Below, one piece after another: positions 11,853 to 24,266 of a DNA stretch of 64,000 bases (position 1 is its first letter; every line of letters starts with the position of its first letter). Source of the stretch: Cyanophora paradoxa CCMP329 (taxonomy: Eukaryota > Plantae > Glaucophyta); assembly GCA_004431415.1 (NCBI GenBank), contig QPMI01000496.1, positions 372,001 to 436,000 of the forward strand, read 5' to 3'. Made by a program: the position numbers and the translations under genes. The notes under the pieces were generated by a model. That model was not told where the DNA came from. It searched no databases and saw only the letters and a list, made by a program, of their open reading frames with translations.

Positions 11853-13922
11853 CTACTTGCGGATGGCCTCGAGCCGCGTGGTGAGGTCCGAGGGATCGAA
11901 CAGCTGCCGTCAATTCGAAGGCGTGAGGGGTACAGCAACGAGGGGGTACGGGTGGGGGTACGCGCGCCATGGACGGGATGCGGTCCCCAAAGTAGATCTT
12001 CGTGTTGTTCGACAGGCTCGAGAGCATCTGGAAGGGGGCACACGTTCGCTATCGGTCGGCGGGCTGCAAGGGGGGGGAGAGCGGCGGGGGTACGGGGAAG
12101 CGCACGGTCCACTGGAGGAACTCGGGGGTGAGTCGGAGCTTGTTCGCCTCCGCCTCCTTCTGAACGCGGTCTGGGCAGGGGGCGAGAGCTCAGCGGGGGT
12201 ACAAGAGAATGAGACGGAGGGGGCTACGAGCTCACAGGCGTCGGCGTCGGCCCGGGCTTTCTCCCGCGCCAGGAACATTTGATCTGGGGTCTCGGATAAG
12301 CTGGGGCCGCGCTCTCCCGCCCGAAAGGGATACGCACTCTCGATATCCTCGATGCGTGCGGCGCCCTGCTTCTCGCTCACGAGCTGCTCGACTCGTATTT
12401 GCGATACTTCCGCGATCTGCCGGCTCGGCGCGGGGGCGCCTGAAGTGAGCGCGTACCCCCCTTCGAAACCGGTAGCCTAGGCACCTTCCTCGCCTCGACG
12501 ACGGCGCGCTTCTTCTCCGTCTCGGCCTCTAGGGGTACGTCGTCAGAAGCGAGGGGGATAGCTCGTAGGAGGCGGGGTACGGGGCGGACCCTTCTCCGCC
12601 ACTTTCTGAGCCTCGATAGAAATCAGGAGCTTCGTCTTCTCGGCCTGAGGTCGCGAAACGCTCAGAGCGGTACCCCGGAGGCGCCCGACGGCTCTGGAGG
12701 GGTACGCGTACCTCCATGGCCTCGTAGTTGCGCCGTATCGCTTCAGGAATCCGGGGCTTCGTGACGCGGATGGAAATACTGCGGGCCCAGGGATCGCTTG
12801 CGGACGAGGTTGGACGGGCGGGGGTACGCTCACATCTCAAGTCCGGGTACCCATTTGGAGCAGTCGTCCTGCAGCGTCTGCGAAGCGAGAAGCTTAGCCG
12901 ATGAAGGTGCAATCGAGCCGGGGACGGGTACAAAGAACCTTCTTCAAGGCCTCATCGATCGTGTCGAACCTGGGAGGGGTGGTCGAGGAGCGCGGGGCGA
13001 CAAGGGGCAGGGCAGGGGGCACAGTTCGATGTAGACTTCCTGCAGAGATCTCGAGGAGCAGAACTGATTGATCTCGTGGCTGGCGAGGGGTACGGCTCGT
13101 TCGGCATGGGGGTACGCTGCAGGGATGCGAGCGCGCACTGGATTTTATCGTAGATCCAGGTGCGATCGTACTCTATCCCGTCTGCAGGGTGCACGGATTA
13201 GAAGAAGAGGGGGTACAGGGGAAGGGGGGGATGCACAGTTCTTGACGGTGGAGTGTACGTGGTCGGCGGAGAGGCGGTTCACGACCTCGACGCGATCGAA
13301 CGTGATCACAACGCCGCCCTTCGTACCGCACTGCACGTGGGGAGCCCCGGCGCGGCCCGCGGCGGATCAATATCCAAACGCGGAGCAGAGTAAGCTCGGG
13401 GATAGCGCTCGGCGCACCGGGATGTCCTGCACTTTGTCGGTCTGCACGGTCGTCTGCACGGCCGCGGTCGTCGTGATGTACGGGAGCTGCGAGGGCGCAG
13501 TGGGCGCCAGGCGAGCGCTGGCCCCGGGCCCAGCTTGATGTATACCACCCACCTTGAAGTGGAAGCCCGGCGAGCTGATGTCGTCCAGCAGTCTCCCGCC
13601 CTGCCAATACACGCCGACGTGCTGCGGTCGCGCGCGCTAGCGTAAGCGCTAAACGACGACGCACGTCTGATCGTCAGGTGAACTCGCTCCGTCAGCGCGC
13701 TAGTTCGTCGCCGGGGCGTTGCGGGCAAGGAGCCCGACAAAACAGCGAACTAAAGAGCGCATGCACATGCTAGATCGATGGTGCTGCTGGCTGTGCGCGT
13801 GCGGGCATCGGGGACGAGCCGGGGGCGCGACTCACGCCTTCCTCGACGCTGTGGATGGCTGAAAGCAGGCTTGTCGACGCTAGGAACGCACAAAGCACTG
13901 CCAGTGCCGCCGTAGACCCCAT
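11853..13922 (-). CDS. ERLIN: Erlin-like SPFH/band-7 ER membrane protein
   Basis: [29 protein letters not shown]|[26 protein letters not shown]|[58 protein letters not shown]|AEKTKLLI and [14 protein letters not shown] are all characteristic erlin blocks. Confidence 0.93.
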
Positions 13923-14127
13923 GCGCCGAACCGGCCGTGCGAATAGAGGCCCCAGACGCGGGGGGAAACAAGGCTCCTTTCAGGGGGGTACGGCATTAGT
14001 CGGGCCGATGCAGCGTGGCGCTTCGGTTGCACAGGATCAGCGAGAGCCCGCGGTTGCATCCCCGAGAGGCGTAGAAGAGCAAAGGAACGGAGAAACACAA
14101 TCTGCGCAGGCTCCTCGGCGCGGGGCC

Positions 14128-17100
14128 ATGACCGCGAAGGTCCTCTTTCCGCTCGCTACCGGCGGGCCATCGGGCGGCGCGAATGAGGTGAGACGGGGGC
14201 CAACAGATCTCCTAGATGAGGTGCGTCTCATTCGTGGCGCGCGGGGTCCTGTGTTCGCCTCTGCAGACGCGCTCTTAGACCGGTCACTCCTCGAATGTCG
14301 TCCTGACGGGAGGCGCGCGTCTTCCCTGCGCGCAGGTACTCTCTCCCATCATCAAGATGAACTCCTCAACCAACACCGCGCTCTGTGGCGAGTGCGAGCG
14401 GGCGGACGCAACGATCAGATGTGCGTCTGCGTCCCCGCGCGCGTGCGCCCTCCACCGCTTCGCGCTCGCGTCTCACATCACGTTTGGGGACATCTTCTCG
14501 ATTCAGGCAACGACTGCGGTGAGCCTGCCCGCGCTCGCGCGCGAGAGTCGATGCAAATGACCGCGAGGCCCGGAATGGCTTTCGGTCGCGCCGCGGCCCC
14601 AGCTGACCTTTGCCCGCGCAGGAGAGACCTACTGCAGCCTCTGCTTCCGCCATGTTCACTCCGCGCCATCCCGTCAGAGCCAGTGTGTTCCCCATCATTC
14701 AAGACTACTTCTCCCGTTGCGCGCCGATGACGGTCGCCCGGGCGCAGCATGGCCGCGTTTCTCAACGCGTCTCCATCACCGCCCAACGTTCCACAGCAGC
14801 GCGCGGCCGTGTCCGCGGAGGGTCAGTGCTCACAGCACCGTGAGGAGGTTCGTTCGCCCACTGCGCAGAAGCCGACTGAGGATCGTCTGACGCACGCTTT
14901 GCACACAGAGATTATCGTACTTCTGCGCGGAATGCCGGGAAGCGTGCTGCGCGAACTGCATCTTCTTCGGGTCGCACGCCGGTCAGCACCCGTCCTCCCT
15001 CCCCCGCTCCAGCGCTCTCGTAGCGATGCTAGCGATGCTAGCGATGAGCGTTCGCGCTTTTCCTTGACAAGATGCGGGCCCGCAGGTCACAGCACGGTGC
15101 CCATCGACCAGGCTGTCGAGGAGGCGCAGAAAATGGTGCAGCGGCAGGCTTCCCTCATGATGCAGCTGCACAAGAGCTGCGAGGTCCGACCCCTCTGTCG
15201 CGTTGTCAGTCGCCTGCTGTGCCTGACGCGTTCCTCGGCAGGCGACGATGCAAGAGCTCGGTGACCGGTCCCCGCCCAATCCCGCGCTGGCGCTCACTCA
15301 CCGCCTCGCCCTCGCAGACTCTCTCAAGCAGCAGCAGTTGCAGGAGATCATCTTCAAACAGGTGCTTCCCCCGCCCGCCCCCTCGTCGGCGCGCGCCTCA
15401 CGTGCCGCCGCCCTCGCAGGCCGAGGTCAAGACGAAGGTCGACATGCTGCGGGTGATCCTTGAGAAGAAGGAGAAGGAGCTCGTCGGCGCGGTACAGGTC
15501 CACGGGCAGCGGAAGCTCTACGCAATTGAGAAACAGGTTCGCGGCCGACGATCAAATTGCGATTTGATCCGCGCCCGCTGACCTCGCCCGCAGGTCCTGA
15601 ACTCGCGGAGCCAGCTGCAGACGGTGCGGGACATGACGACAGCCGCCCAACGCATCCTCTCCCGCTCCGGCGGGCCGCTGGACCCGCTCCGCGAGGCCGT
15701 CCGGTCAGCCGCGCCGCGCGCGCCGCCGTCGCCGCGGGCCTCGCTGACCGCTCCGCAGCTTCGAGAGCCTCATGGGCGCACTCGCCTCGCTGCGCTCGGA
15801 GGCGGCGGACACGGTGGAGGACCTCCCGCTCGACAGGCTCCCGCCCTTCGACATCAGCGCCCAAGTCAGCGCCATCGGTGCGCCCTCCCGATATTCTTGC
15901 CCCGTCTCCTCGCCGCGCGCGCCCTCATCCCTCCGCAGAGCGCATGGATCTGTCCGTCGGCGGCCGCTCCGGTGCGCATGCGCACACTCATGTCCCTGCC
16001 CGCCTGCGCCGCCGACGCCCGCCCGCGCAGCCACCTCGCCGCCGCCGCCGGGCCTCGCGGCGCCGCCGACCGTGCACCAGTCGCCGCAGCCGGCCGCCTC
16101 CCGCGTAGGCTCCGGGACGCTCCCCTCGTCCCAGGCCGTCGACCCGGAGGCCGTCGCCAAGGCCCTCGCCAGCCTCGGCCTCGCCCGCGACGCGCGTACC
16201 CCCCTCCATCTTCTTTCACCGCCGCGCCGCTGACGCGCCCCGCAGAGCGCGACGGAGGAGGCGGTGGCGGCCGTCCTGTCCGCTCAGAAGGGCGCGGCGC
16301 TCCTCGGGGCCTCCCCGCGCTCCTCTGCCGACTTCTCCCTCGCGCACGCCCTTTCCCAGGCCTTCGCTCCCTCCCCTCCGGACTCCCGCCGCCCCTCCGG
16401 CACCTCCCCGCCCATGTACCCCGGTCTCCGCTCCTCCTCCCTCCCCTCCGCCACGGGCCCCCGCCAGGTCGGCTCCGTCAAGCACGTCGTGGTCCGTACC
16501 CCCCTTGCACACGAATCCCGTACCCCCTGCCCCCGCCAAAATTTGATCCGGGCGCAGGGGACGTACGGCTTCATCCAGCCGGACACGGGCGAAGGCGATC
16601 TCTTCTACCACACCTCTCAGGTGAGCCAGGCTCGGTCTGATCTGATCTGATCCGATCGGATCGGATCTGAACCCGCGCGCTCAGGTCGAGAGCGGCGTGA
16701 CGCTCAAGAAGAACGACAAGGTCGACTACAGCGTCGTCCACAACATGCAGGCCCGCTCTTATACATTCCGCTCTCGAGAATCTCTGCCGGTATCTTGATC
16801 CCGCTCGTCCTACCCCCCTCGCAGACGGGCAAGCTGAACGCCATCGACGTCCGCCTCCTCGTCCCGGGTCAGCCTCCCCCCCGCCCCTCCTCGCCCCTCC
16901 TCTCCCTCCAGAACGCTCTCTGAACTCATCCTCAGCGCCGGCGACGTCGCCGGACGGGTCGTCGGAGGGCCCCTCGACGCCGCCGCCGATCTCGCCGGAC
17001 CTCCTCGCCGCGCACTTCGCGTCGCCCCAGGGCATCCCCTCCCACGCCGGCGCCCCCATCGTGCTCTCCTCTCCCGCTCCCGCCTCCTCCCCCACCCCCC

Positions 17101-19114
17101 CCTGCTGACCGCCTACCCCCCTAGCCCGTGTACGACCCGCTGGACAACGCGCAGGACGACCCGCACCTCGTCACCACCATGCACGGCCACAGGTGCGCAG
17201 GCCTCTGAGGCTTCGTCTGAGAGGGCGTCGCTGACGGGGCCGAATGTGCGCAGCAACTGGATCAACGCGATCGTGGCGAACGGGCCCCGCCTCTACTCCG
17301 CCTGCTCCGACTGTGCGCCCGGGCCCCCTCCCAGACCCGAACGCCTCGCGCCTCGCCCCGCGCTGATTTCTTCGCCCGCAGACACGATCAAGCTGTGGGA
17401 CATCGAGAAGTTCGACTGCGTGACGACCCTCACCGGCCACTCCGGCTTCGGTGCGCCTCCTCATCTCATCTCGCCGGCCCCTCGCTAACCTCCCACCCTC
17501 TCCCCCTTTGCTCCTCGCGCCTCACCCCCGCCTTCCCCCAGTGAACACGCTGACGATCCTGGGGGAGCCCGGGCGCCTGCTCTACTCTGGCTCGGGCGAC
17601 AAGTGCATCAAGGTTCCCGCGCCCGCCCCGAGCTCGTAGGCTTCCTTCTTTCCAAGCGCGACGTCAGATCTGGGACCTCGAGACGAACCAATGCCTCGAC
17701 ACCGTCACCGCCCACTCCTCCCTCGTCCGTACCCCGCTCCCTTCCCCCCCACACCCCTTCCCCCCCACACCCCTAACCCCGGCTCAGGTGAACACGCTGG
17801 CGACGGACCAGCGGTACCTCTACTCTGGCTCCTCGGACCGCCTCGTGAAGGTCTGGGACCTGGCGCGCATGGAGCCCCTCATGACCCTCACCGGGTGCGC
17901 GCCCGCGCACGCCCCGCCCCGCTCTCCTTAAGCTCCTCCTTCTTCTTCTTGTTGCTTAGAGCGCGGCCGCTCCGCTCGCAGGCACGCGGACTACGTGACG
18001 GCGCTGGTGGTCAGCGAGGGCCGGCTCTTCACCGGCTCCGCCGACAAGAAGATCAAGGTGCCCGAACCCCTCTCCCGAACCCAGCGGCCTGCGCTGAAGC
18101 TCGCGATGGCGCAGGTGTGGGACACGCGCTCGGGCCAGTGCATCCACACCTTCGACGCCCACAAGGCCCGCCCGCCCGGCCCCCTCCCTTTCCTTTCCTT
18201 CCTTTCCTTTCCTTTCCCTCCTCTCTCTGACGGGGCCTGCAGGACTGGGTGAACGCGCTGGTGGTGAGCGATCAGCGCCTCTACTCGGGCTCCTCCGACA
18301 ACGTCATCAAGGTCCGCGATTTGATCTCTTAGATCGCCCGCCGTCGCGAGGGCCTCGGCTCTTGTGTAGTCCTCGCGCTGACTCGGGACGCGCTCGCGCT
18401 CGGGCGGGCAGGTGTGGGACCTGCGGGGCCTCCAGCGCATCGGGAAGCTCACCGGCCACACCAGCTGGGTCAACGGTGCGCCCGCCCCGCCCCCCGCCCC
18501 GTCCCGTCCCGCCCCGTCCTAGGCCTCTCACTCCCGCGGCCTATCCGTCGACGACTTCTCACTCCCCTCGGCCCCGCAGCGCTCACGGTTTCCGGCAAGC
18601 GCCTCTTCTCCGGCTCCGGCGACTCCAGCATCAAGGTACCCCCCTTCCCTCCCCCTCTTCCCTTCCCCCCCCCCCACTCCCTCCCTTAAGCTTCCCTTCC
18701 CCCCCCCCACTCCCTCCCTCAATCTCCCTTGAAGGTGTGGGACGTCGATTCCTTCCGCAACACGGCGAACCTCGTCTCGCACAAGGGATACGGTGCGATT
18801 CATCTCGTCCCCCCTTTCTCCTCTCTCCTTAGCCCGCCGGCCCGCAGTGAAGTCGCTCTGCGTGGCCCCCGCGCACGGCTCGCGGCTCCTCTTCTCCGGA
18901 GGCGCCGGCGACCGCTGCATCAAAGTCTGGCGGTGCGCGGTTCAAATTACTCTCGCTTCCGGCGCCTGACTTCCCGGACAGGCCGAGCCTGGCGCCGCTC
19001 CCGGCGGAGATGCCCGGCGGGCGCCTCGCCTCGGCGGCCTCCACCCCGTCCCGGCTCGCCCAGCGCGCCTCCGTCTCCTCCTCCTCCCCCGAGGCCCAAG
19101 AGGAGCTCTGGTGA
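14128..19114 (+). CDS. B-box/B-box/coiled-coil + cold-shock domain + WD40 propeller protein (start ATG 14128 or 14357)
   Basis: B-box1 CGECERADATIRC..C..YCSLCFRHVH; B-box2 CSQHREE..YFCAECREACCANCIFFG..H; coiled coil about 15100-15870; CSD GSVKHVV|GTYGFIQPDTGEGDLFYHTSQ|VESGVTLKKNDKVDYSV..GKLNAIDVR; seven GH..VN/TAL..RL(Y/F)SGSxD..IKVW(D) repeats 17180-18930; stop TGA 19112-19114. Confidence 0.85.
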
Positions 19115-20662
19115 GTGGCGAGTGGCGAGGCGAGAGCGAGCGGCGCCCCAGTTCTTTTCCCTCGGTTCTTTTCTCACCGACGTCGACGATATAGAGATTC
19201 TGCTAAACCTATTCCCTAAAAAAGTATGAGAATTCTCAGAGCTCAGTTACGTTAGTTATTCTTGCCTGATAGATTCCTGCGTATCTTCTTCGTGTACATG
19301 TGCTTTTTTTGCTCTAGGGGCCTGTCGCCCCTACCCCGGAACCCGGAATTCGATCGTTGTGCTCTCAGAGTCTCATGAAGATGTAGCTGTGTTTTTTCCC
19401 TGTATATATAGAGCTTCAGGACATTATTCGGTCCAGCCTAGGAACGGACTACAGGCAAATCGTAGGCCCAGATCTATGTAGAGTTTTTTCCAGAACCTTT
19501 CCCTTGGATCGATCGATATCGATATTCACCATCCTATAGCTAAGCTTATCGTCAAGTTATTCTTCCTAAGTAGTATTCGTTATTGTTAGCTTAACTCGCA
19601 GCCAGACTCGCATACGCATGAACAGCTCCCATCGCGGCAGCTGCATGTCCCCCCATGAAGTTTTTTAACCGTATATATACGCGTACGTTCCCGCTTATTG
19701 GTTTCTCCTCTTTTTCTGTGTGTACTTGCGTGGCCATCAAGGCGTGGACGTTACAGAACGCATTTCAAAATTTCACACCAGTTTACGTAAGCTTTTTTAG
19801 GGCTGGAAACTCACTCTCAGCGTATGCAACTCCCTAGAGTTCTCGATCGTCTCCCTGTCACACAGTGTGCTCGAATCGATTTCGATCCTGATCGTGCGGC
19901 AGCTGCTGGCCATGGGGACTGACTCCCATGCGCTGCCGCAGTGCAGGTCCGCGGCAAATCTACTAGGCTATAAAGATGTAAATCTAGAGCTGGCCATGGA
20001 GACATGCATATGGAGACTCGGAGCTCAAGATCACGAATTGAAGTCGGAAGCTTAACTAGTAATTAATATTATAAGCAACGTCCTGAAGCGCTAGCCTAGC
20101 TATAGGCTGATGAGCACTGCGGCCGGGCGCCGGCGCCGGCATGCGCACTGCATATGCGTGTGATCATGAGGAGCAGGCCCGGCCCTAGGGTCGACGTCGC
20201 GGATCCAGACGTTAACGTTGGCCCGGTGGGCCGGGCGCCGGCCGGGCCGGGGCCCGCGGCCGGGGGCCGCGGGCCGCGGCACCCGTGACCGGCCGGCCAG
20301 CTGCAGGCGGCGCCCGGCGGCGGCCCGGCGGGGTGCATATATATGCATGCATGGACCGGATCCGGAAGCCGAAAACACGTATACGCGTACGTAATCGTAC
20401 GCGTACGCGTACGTGCGCCACGCGAACGAAATTGGAAATGAATTTCCAGCCCGAATTTCCGTCTGAGCCGGTACCCCCTGCAGCTGCCGCGCGGCACTTT
20501 TCGGACGAAGAGGACACTCATCACGCCTGGCCGGCGGTGGCCGCTGAGCACTGCTCCTCGAACCGGCTCTTTTAAACCCGCCCGAACTCTATCCTTTCGT
20601 CAACTCGTCAGCTCGTGAGCCGGACATCGAGCGCTCGTCCTTTCGCGTCTAGCTAGCACAAG

Positions 20663-22072
20663 ATGAGCGGGCCGTACCGATACGCCGCGCTAGGGCAGGA
20701 CGAACCGGGGGACGAACATCTGCAGCCGGGGCCGCCCGCCCAGCAGGCGCCCGCCGTGCAGGTCCCCGTGCAGGGGATCCCTGTCGCTCACCCGAACGCG
20801 TACGCGCCCGTCACCCACGCGGTCTCGGTCCGACAAAGTTTCTCCCTAGAGCCCTGCGGGTGCGCCCCCGTTTCGCAAATGCCGCACAGAGACTTGCCTA
20901 ATCCGCGCCTCAGATACCTGCGGCCTGCGTTCGGCGTGTACAAGCTCGCCCCTGGCGCCTTCAGCGCGGGCGTGGGGCTCATGTTCCTCTGCGGGATTGT
21001 GTTCGGGGGCCTCGCGACGACGGCCGCCGTCGCGCTTGGGCCCGTGGCGCTCATAGTCGACTTCTGCAACAAGCTGGTCCAGAACCTCGTCGTCAGTGCG
21101 CTGCCCCGCTTCGCTCCGCCCGCGCCCTTCCTTCTCACGCGTCGCCCCGCGAGCGCAGTTGCGCTCTTCCACCTCGGCCTCTCGAAGATGTGCGTTCACG
21201 CCGCGCGGCCCGCATCGCTCAGCGCCTGACCTGTCGCGCGGCCCTCCGCCCTCCGACCCGGGCGCAGGCGCGGCTCGCCCGAGAGCCTCAACGCGAGCCT
21301 CTCCGCCACGTTCACGCGGAAGGAGATCATCCTGCGCTGCGCGGGGTACCAGGCACGCCCCGCCCGCCCGCGCGCCGCCCTTGCTAAGCTAACTACGGCC
21401 CCCGGGATCCCTCCCTGGCAGGCGGGGTGCTCGGTCCTGCAGCTCGCGACGGGTCTCATCGCGGCTGGCATCATCGGCATCTCCATGGCGGCCACGGGGA
21501 ATCCGGATCCCCAGGTCCGCCGTACCCTCCTGGCACTCCGTTTTCACGGCCATCTATCTGATTCTCCCCCTTTCCCCTCTCCCCAGCCGATGGTGGTGCT
21601 GACGGCGGCGGTGATCGCGTGGGTCCCGCTTGCCTTCGCCCTCTTCCTCGCGATGTACGCGCTGCCGCTGCTGGCGGACGGCGTCGAGCTCGCCCCCGCC
21701 GTCCGCCTCTCCTGCCGCGGCGTCGCCGCCGACATGTTCGGCAACCTCCTCCTGGCCCTCTCCGCCCTCCTCGTCGCCCTCGCCGTAGGCCCCCGTCCCC
21801 CGCCCCCTCCCCCCGAGCCGCGTACCCCGGCGCTGAGGAGGGCCCCGCCCGCGCAGGGCATGCTGCTCTTCGGCATCGGAATGCTCGTGTCGCTCCCCGT
21901 CGCGCTGCTCATGAGCCTCCACGGGTACTGGTCCGCGGCCGCCTCCTCCCCGCCTCGCCCGAGCGTGCCCAAGCCCGCCCCCTTTTGCTGACGCTGACGC
22001 CGCGGCTCGTGCAGCGCCATTTTCGACGCGAGGCCCATGGGCGTCCACGCCGCGGCCCCCTCCCTCGTGTAA
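20663..22072 (+). CDS. Multi-pass membrane protein with Pro/Gln-rich N-terminus, function unknown
   Basis: ATG 20663, several long hydrophobic exons (e.g. MVVLTAAVIAWVPLAFALFLAMYALPLL, GMLLFGIGMLVSLPVALL), canonical introns, TAA 22070-22072. Confidence 0.7.
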
Positions 22073-22509
22073 TAGCCTACCTGCATCGATCCGCGGTGTG
22101 CGGCGCCGGCGCGCGCGCGCGGGGCATGCATATGGCCTTGGCCGGCGGCCGCCTCGCTCCGGCCCATCGCGATCGTTATCGATGTCTGTCCTAGGCTTTA
22201 GCTATAGCTCGCTATGTCCGGATCCGCTGCATGCGCAGCCGCGGCGGAGGCGCCGGCCGGCGCCTGCGCATGCAGCCTTGCGGCTCGCCTGCCCATGCCC
22301 CTCCACGTCGACCTCCTAGCCTGTACAGCAAATTCGCACCAGCTGCAAATTCAGCGTGCAGCGCAGCGCGCGCACTGCCGCGCCGGCCGCGGGCATCGAC
22401 ATCGCGCCACGCGTTCGCTCAAGAATTCGAGGGGAAGCGGGGGAGAGAACGCAAGGGGGGTACGCTGACGCAAAGCAGAGCGTTGGAAAAACTCGGGCCG
22501 ACCGCAGCA

Positions 22510-24266
22510 ATGAGCGAGTGCGCCTGCCGCGGAGCGCCTTGAGGCACGTCGCTGACGTACCGCAGTTTCTTCAAGGGTCTGTTCGGAGGCGGCTCGAGCG
22601 CGAAAGCGGAGACGCCCAAGAAGGCCCACCACAAGCGTTCCAACTCCGGCTTCCACGGCAGCAGTACTGATCCAGATTACACAGCGTCCGTCCCCAAGCT
22701 CCGTCCCGCCAGCACAACGTGTGCATTGATCTTTGATTTGCAGCGCCCCGGCCCCACCGCCGCCGGCTCCGCTTGGCTCTGCCGACCACGACCAGCTGGG
22801 CCAGCATCCAAGCGCTGGCTATGGAGGTGCGCCGGCGAACCGAACTTTTGGCCCCGGTCGCCGGACTGGTTGCTGCCCGCTGCCACGCTGTTAGCTTACA
22901 CCGGCGTCTTTGTCAGGCTTCGGCGGCGACAACGGGATGAAGAAGTTTGGTGCTTCTGCGGGCGCTCCTGGCGGCGCTGGGCCTGTCTACAGCTCGGCGG
23001 CGTCCGATACGGGCTACGGCGACGACGGTACGACGACCGGGCGCTCAAGCAGCGACGCTTCCGCCGTTAGCGGATGTGCGCGCTCTTGAGCTTGCTGGCC
23101 CGCGTGGGAGGCTGACGTGGCTTGGCGCAGACGGACGGCAACAAGCGGGGGGCCAGCGGCAGCCCGCCGCCTACGGCCAGCAGTATGGCCAGCAGCAATC
23201 GAATGGACAGCAGGCATACGGCCAGCAGCAGTCGTACGGGCAGCAGGCGTATGGGCAGCAAGGTTACGGCCAGCAGGGTTACGGCCAGCAGGGTTACGGC
23301 CAGCAGGGCTACGGGCAGCAGTACCAGGCTCCAGTCCGCAACAATCCGAAGGAACTGACCGCCGCGTCGCTGCGGTACCTGCAGGTCGGTCCCTCGCGCG
23401 TGTACCGCGTGCCGCGCTCCTCACCCTCGCGCAGGATCTCGGCTCCATCTTCATGATGTTCTACAGGAGGCAGCTGAAGGTGATCATCCACTCGACGGAG
23501 CGGGAGCCCTTCCAGAACGGCCTCTCGCCGGCCGCCAAGCGCGACTGGTGCCCGGGCCGAGCCGCGCTCGCTCGCCTCCGCCGCCGCGCGCCGCTGACCG
23601 CGGGCCGCGCGGCGCGCAGCGTGAACGTGCTGAACATGCTGGACCAGAACGGCATGCGGGACGACACGGACCCGAACTTCGACGTCGCGGCGCTCTGCAA
23701 GCTCCTCCCGCTCACCACCGAGGTCTTCCTCGACATGCTCCTCCGCTTCGACATCCCGCCCAACGTCCCCGAAGGCACCTTCTACAAGGCCCGCCCCTCT
23801 CCCCCCTTCTTTCTTTCCTTCCTTCCTTCCTTTCATTCCCTCTGTTCTGACCGCTGTCGAGCAGGTGATGAAGCCTCAGTTCGTGCAGGTCGACAGGCGG
23901 TACATACTCGCGCACAAGGTCATCGAGGCGGTGCGCCGGGCCCCTCCTCCTCTCCTCTTCTCTTTCCTCCCTCTGAGCGGCGGCGCCGGCAGATCAAGCC
24001 GCTCGAGCCGCACGTCAAGAACCTGGGCCAGGGGGCCGAGCCCCGCGTCCCGGGCGACGTCGCGGAGGCGACCAACAAGAAGATCGCCGAGATCCGAACG
24101 TCCGCCCCGCCTTCTCCTTCTCCTTCTTACAGTGCGGAAACGACGGCTGACCGGCCGCGCGCCCGCCAGGTTCATCACGGACAACCGGAGCGCCCTCACG
24201 CCCGTGTACAGCCTTATCGCAGCCTACCTGAACAACGAACTCGGCACCTCCCGCCTTGTCCTGTAG
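22510..24266 (+). CDS. Unknown protein with Gly/Gln/Tyr low-complexity (YGQQG)n region and globular helical C-terminus
   Basis: MSD|[11 protein letters not shown]..., YGQQG repeats, then spliced exons [18 protein letters not shown] ... [17 protein letters not shown] with strong GC3 codon bias. Confidence 0.72.
23172..23325 (+). repeat. Coding tandem repeat, 15-bp unit tacggccagcagggt (YGQQG)
   Basis: Repeated tac/tat-ggc/ggg-cag-cag units are directly visible. Confidence 0.85.

Noticed and set aside
13623-13834. Intronic TPP riboswitch
   Set aside because: Lacks the CUGAGA and CCUGA..UAAU..GCG.AGG core, and the host gene is unrelated to thiamine.
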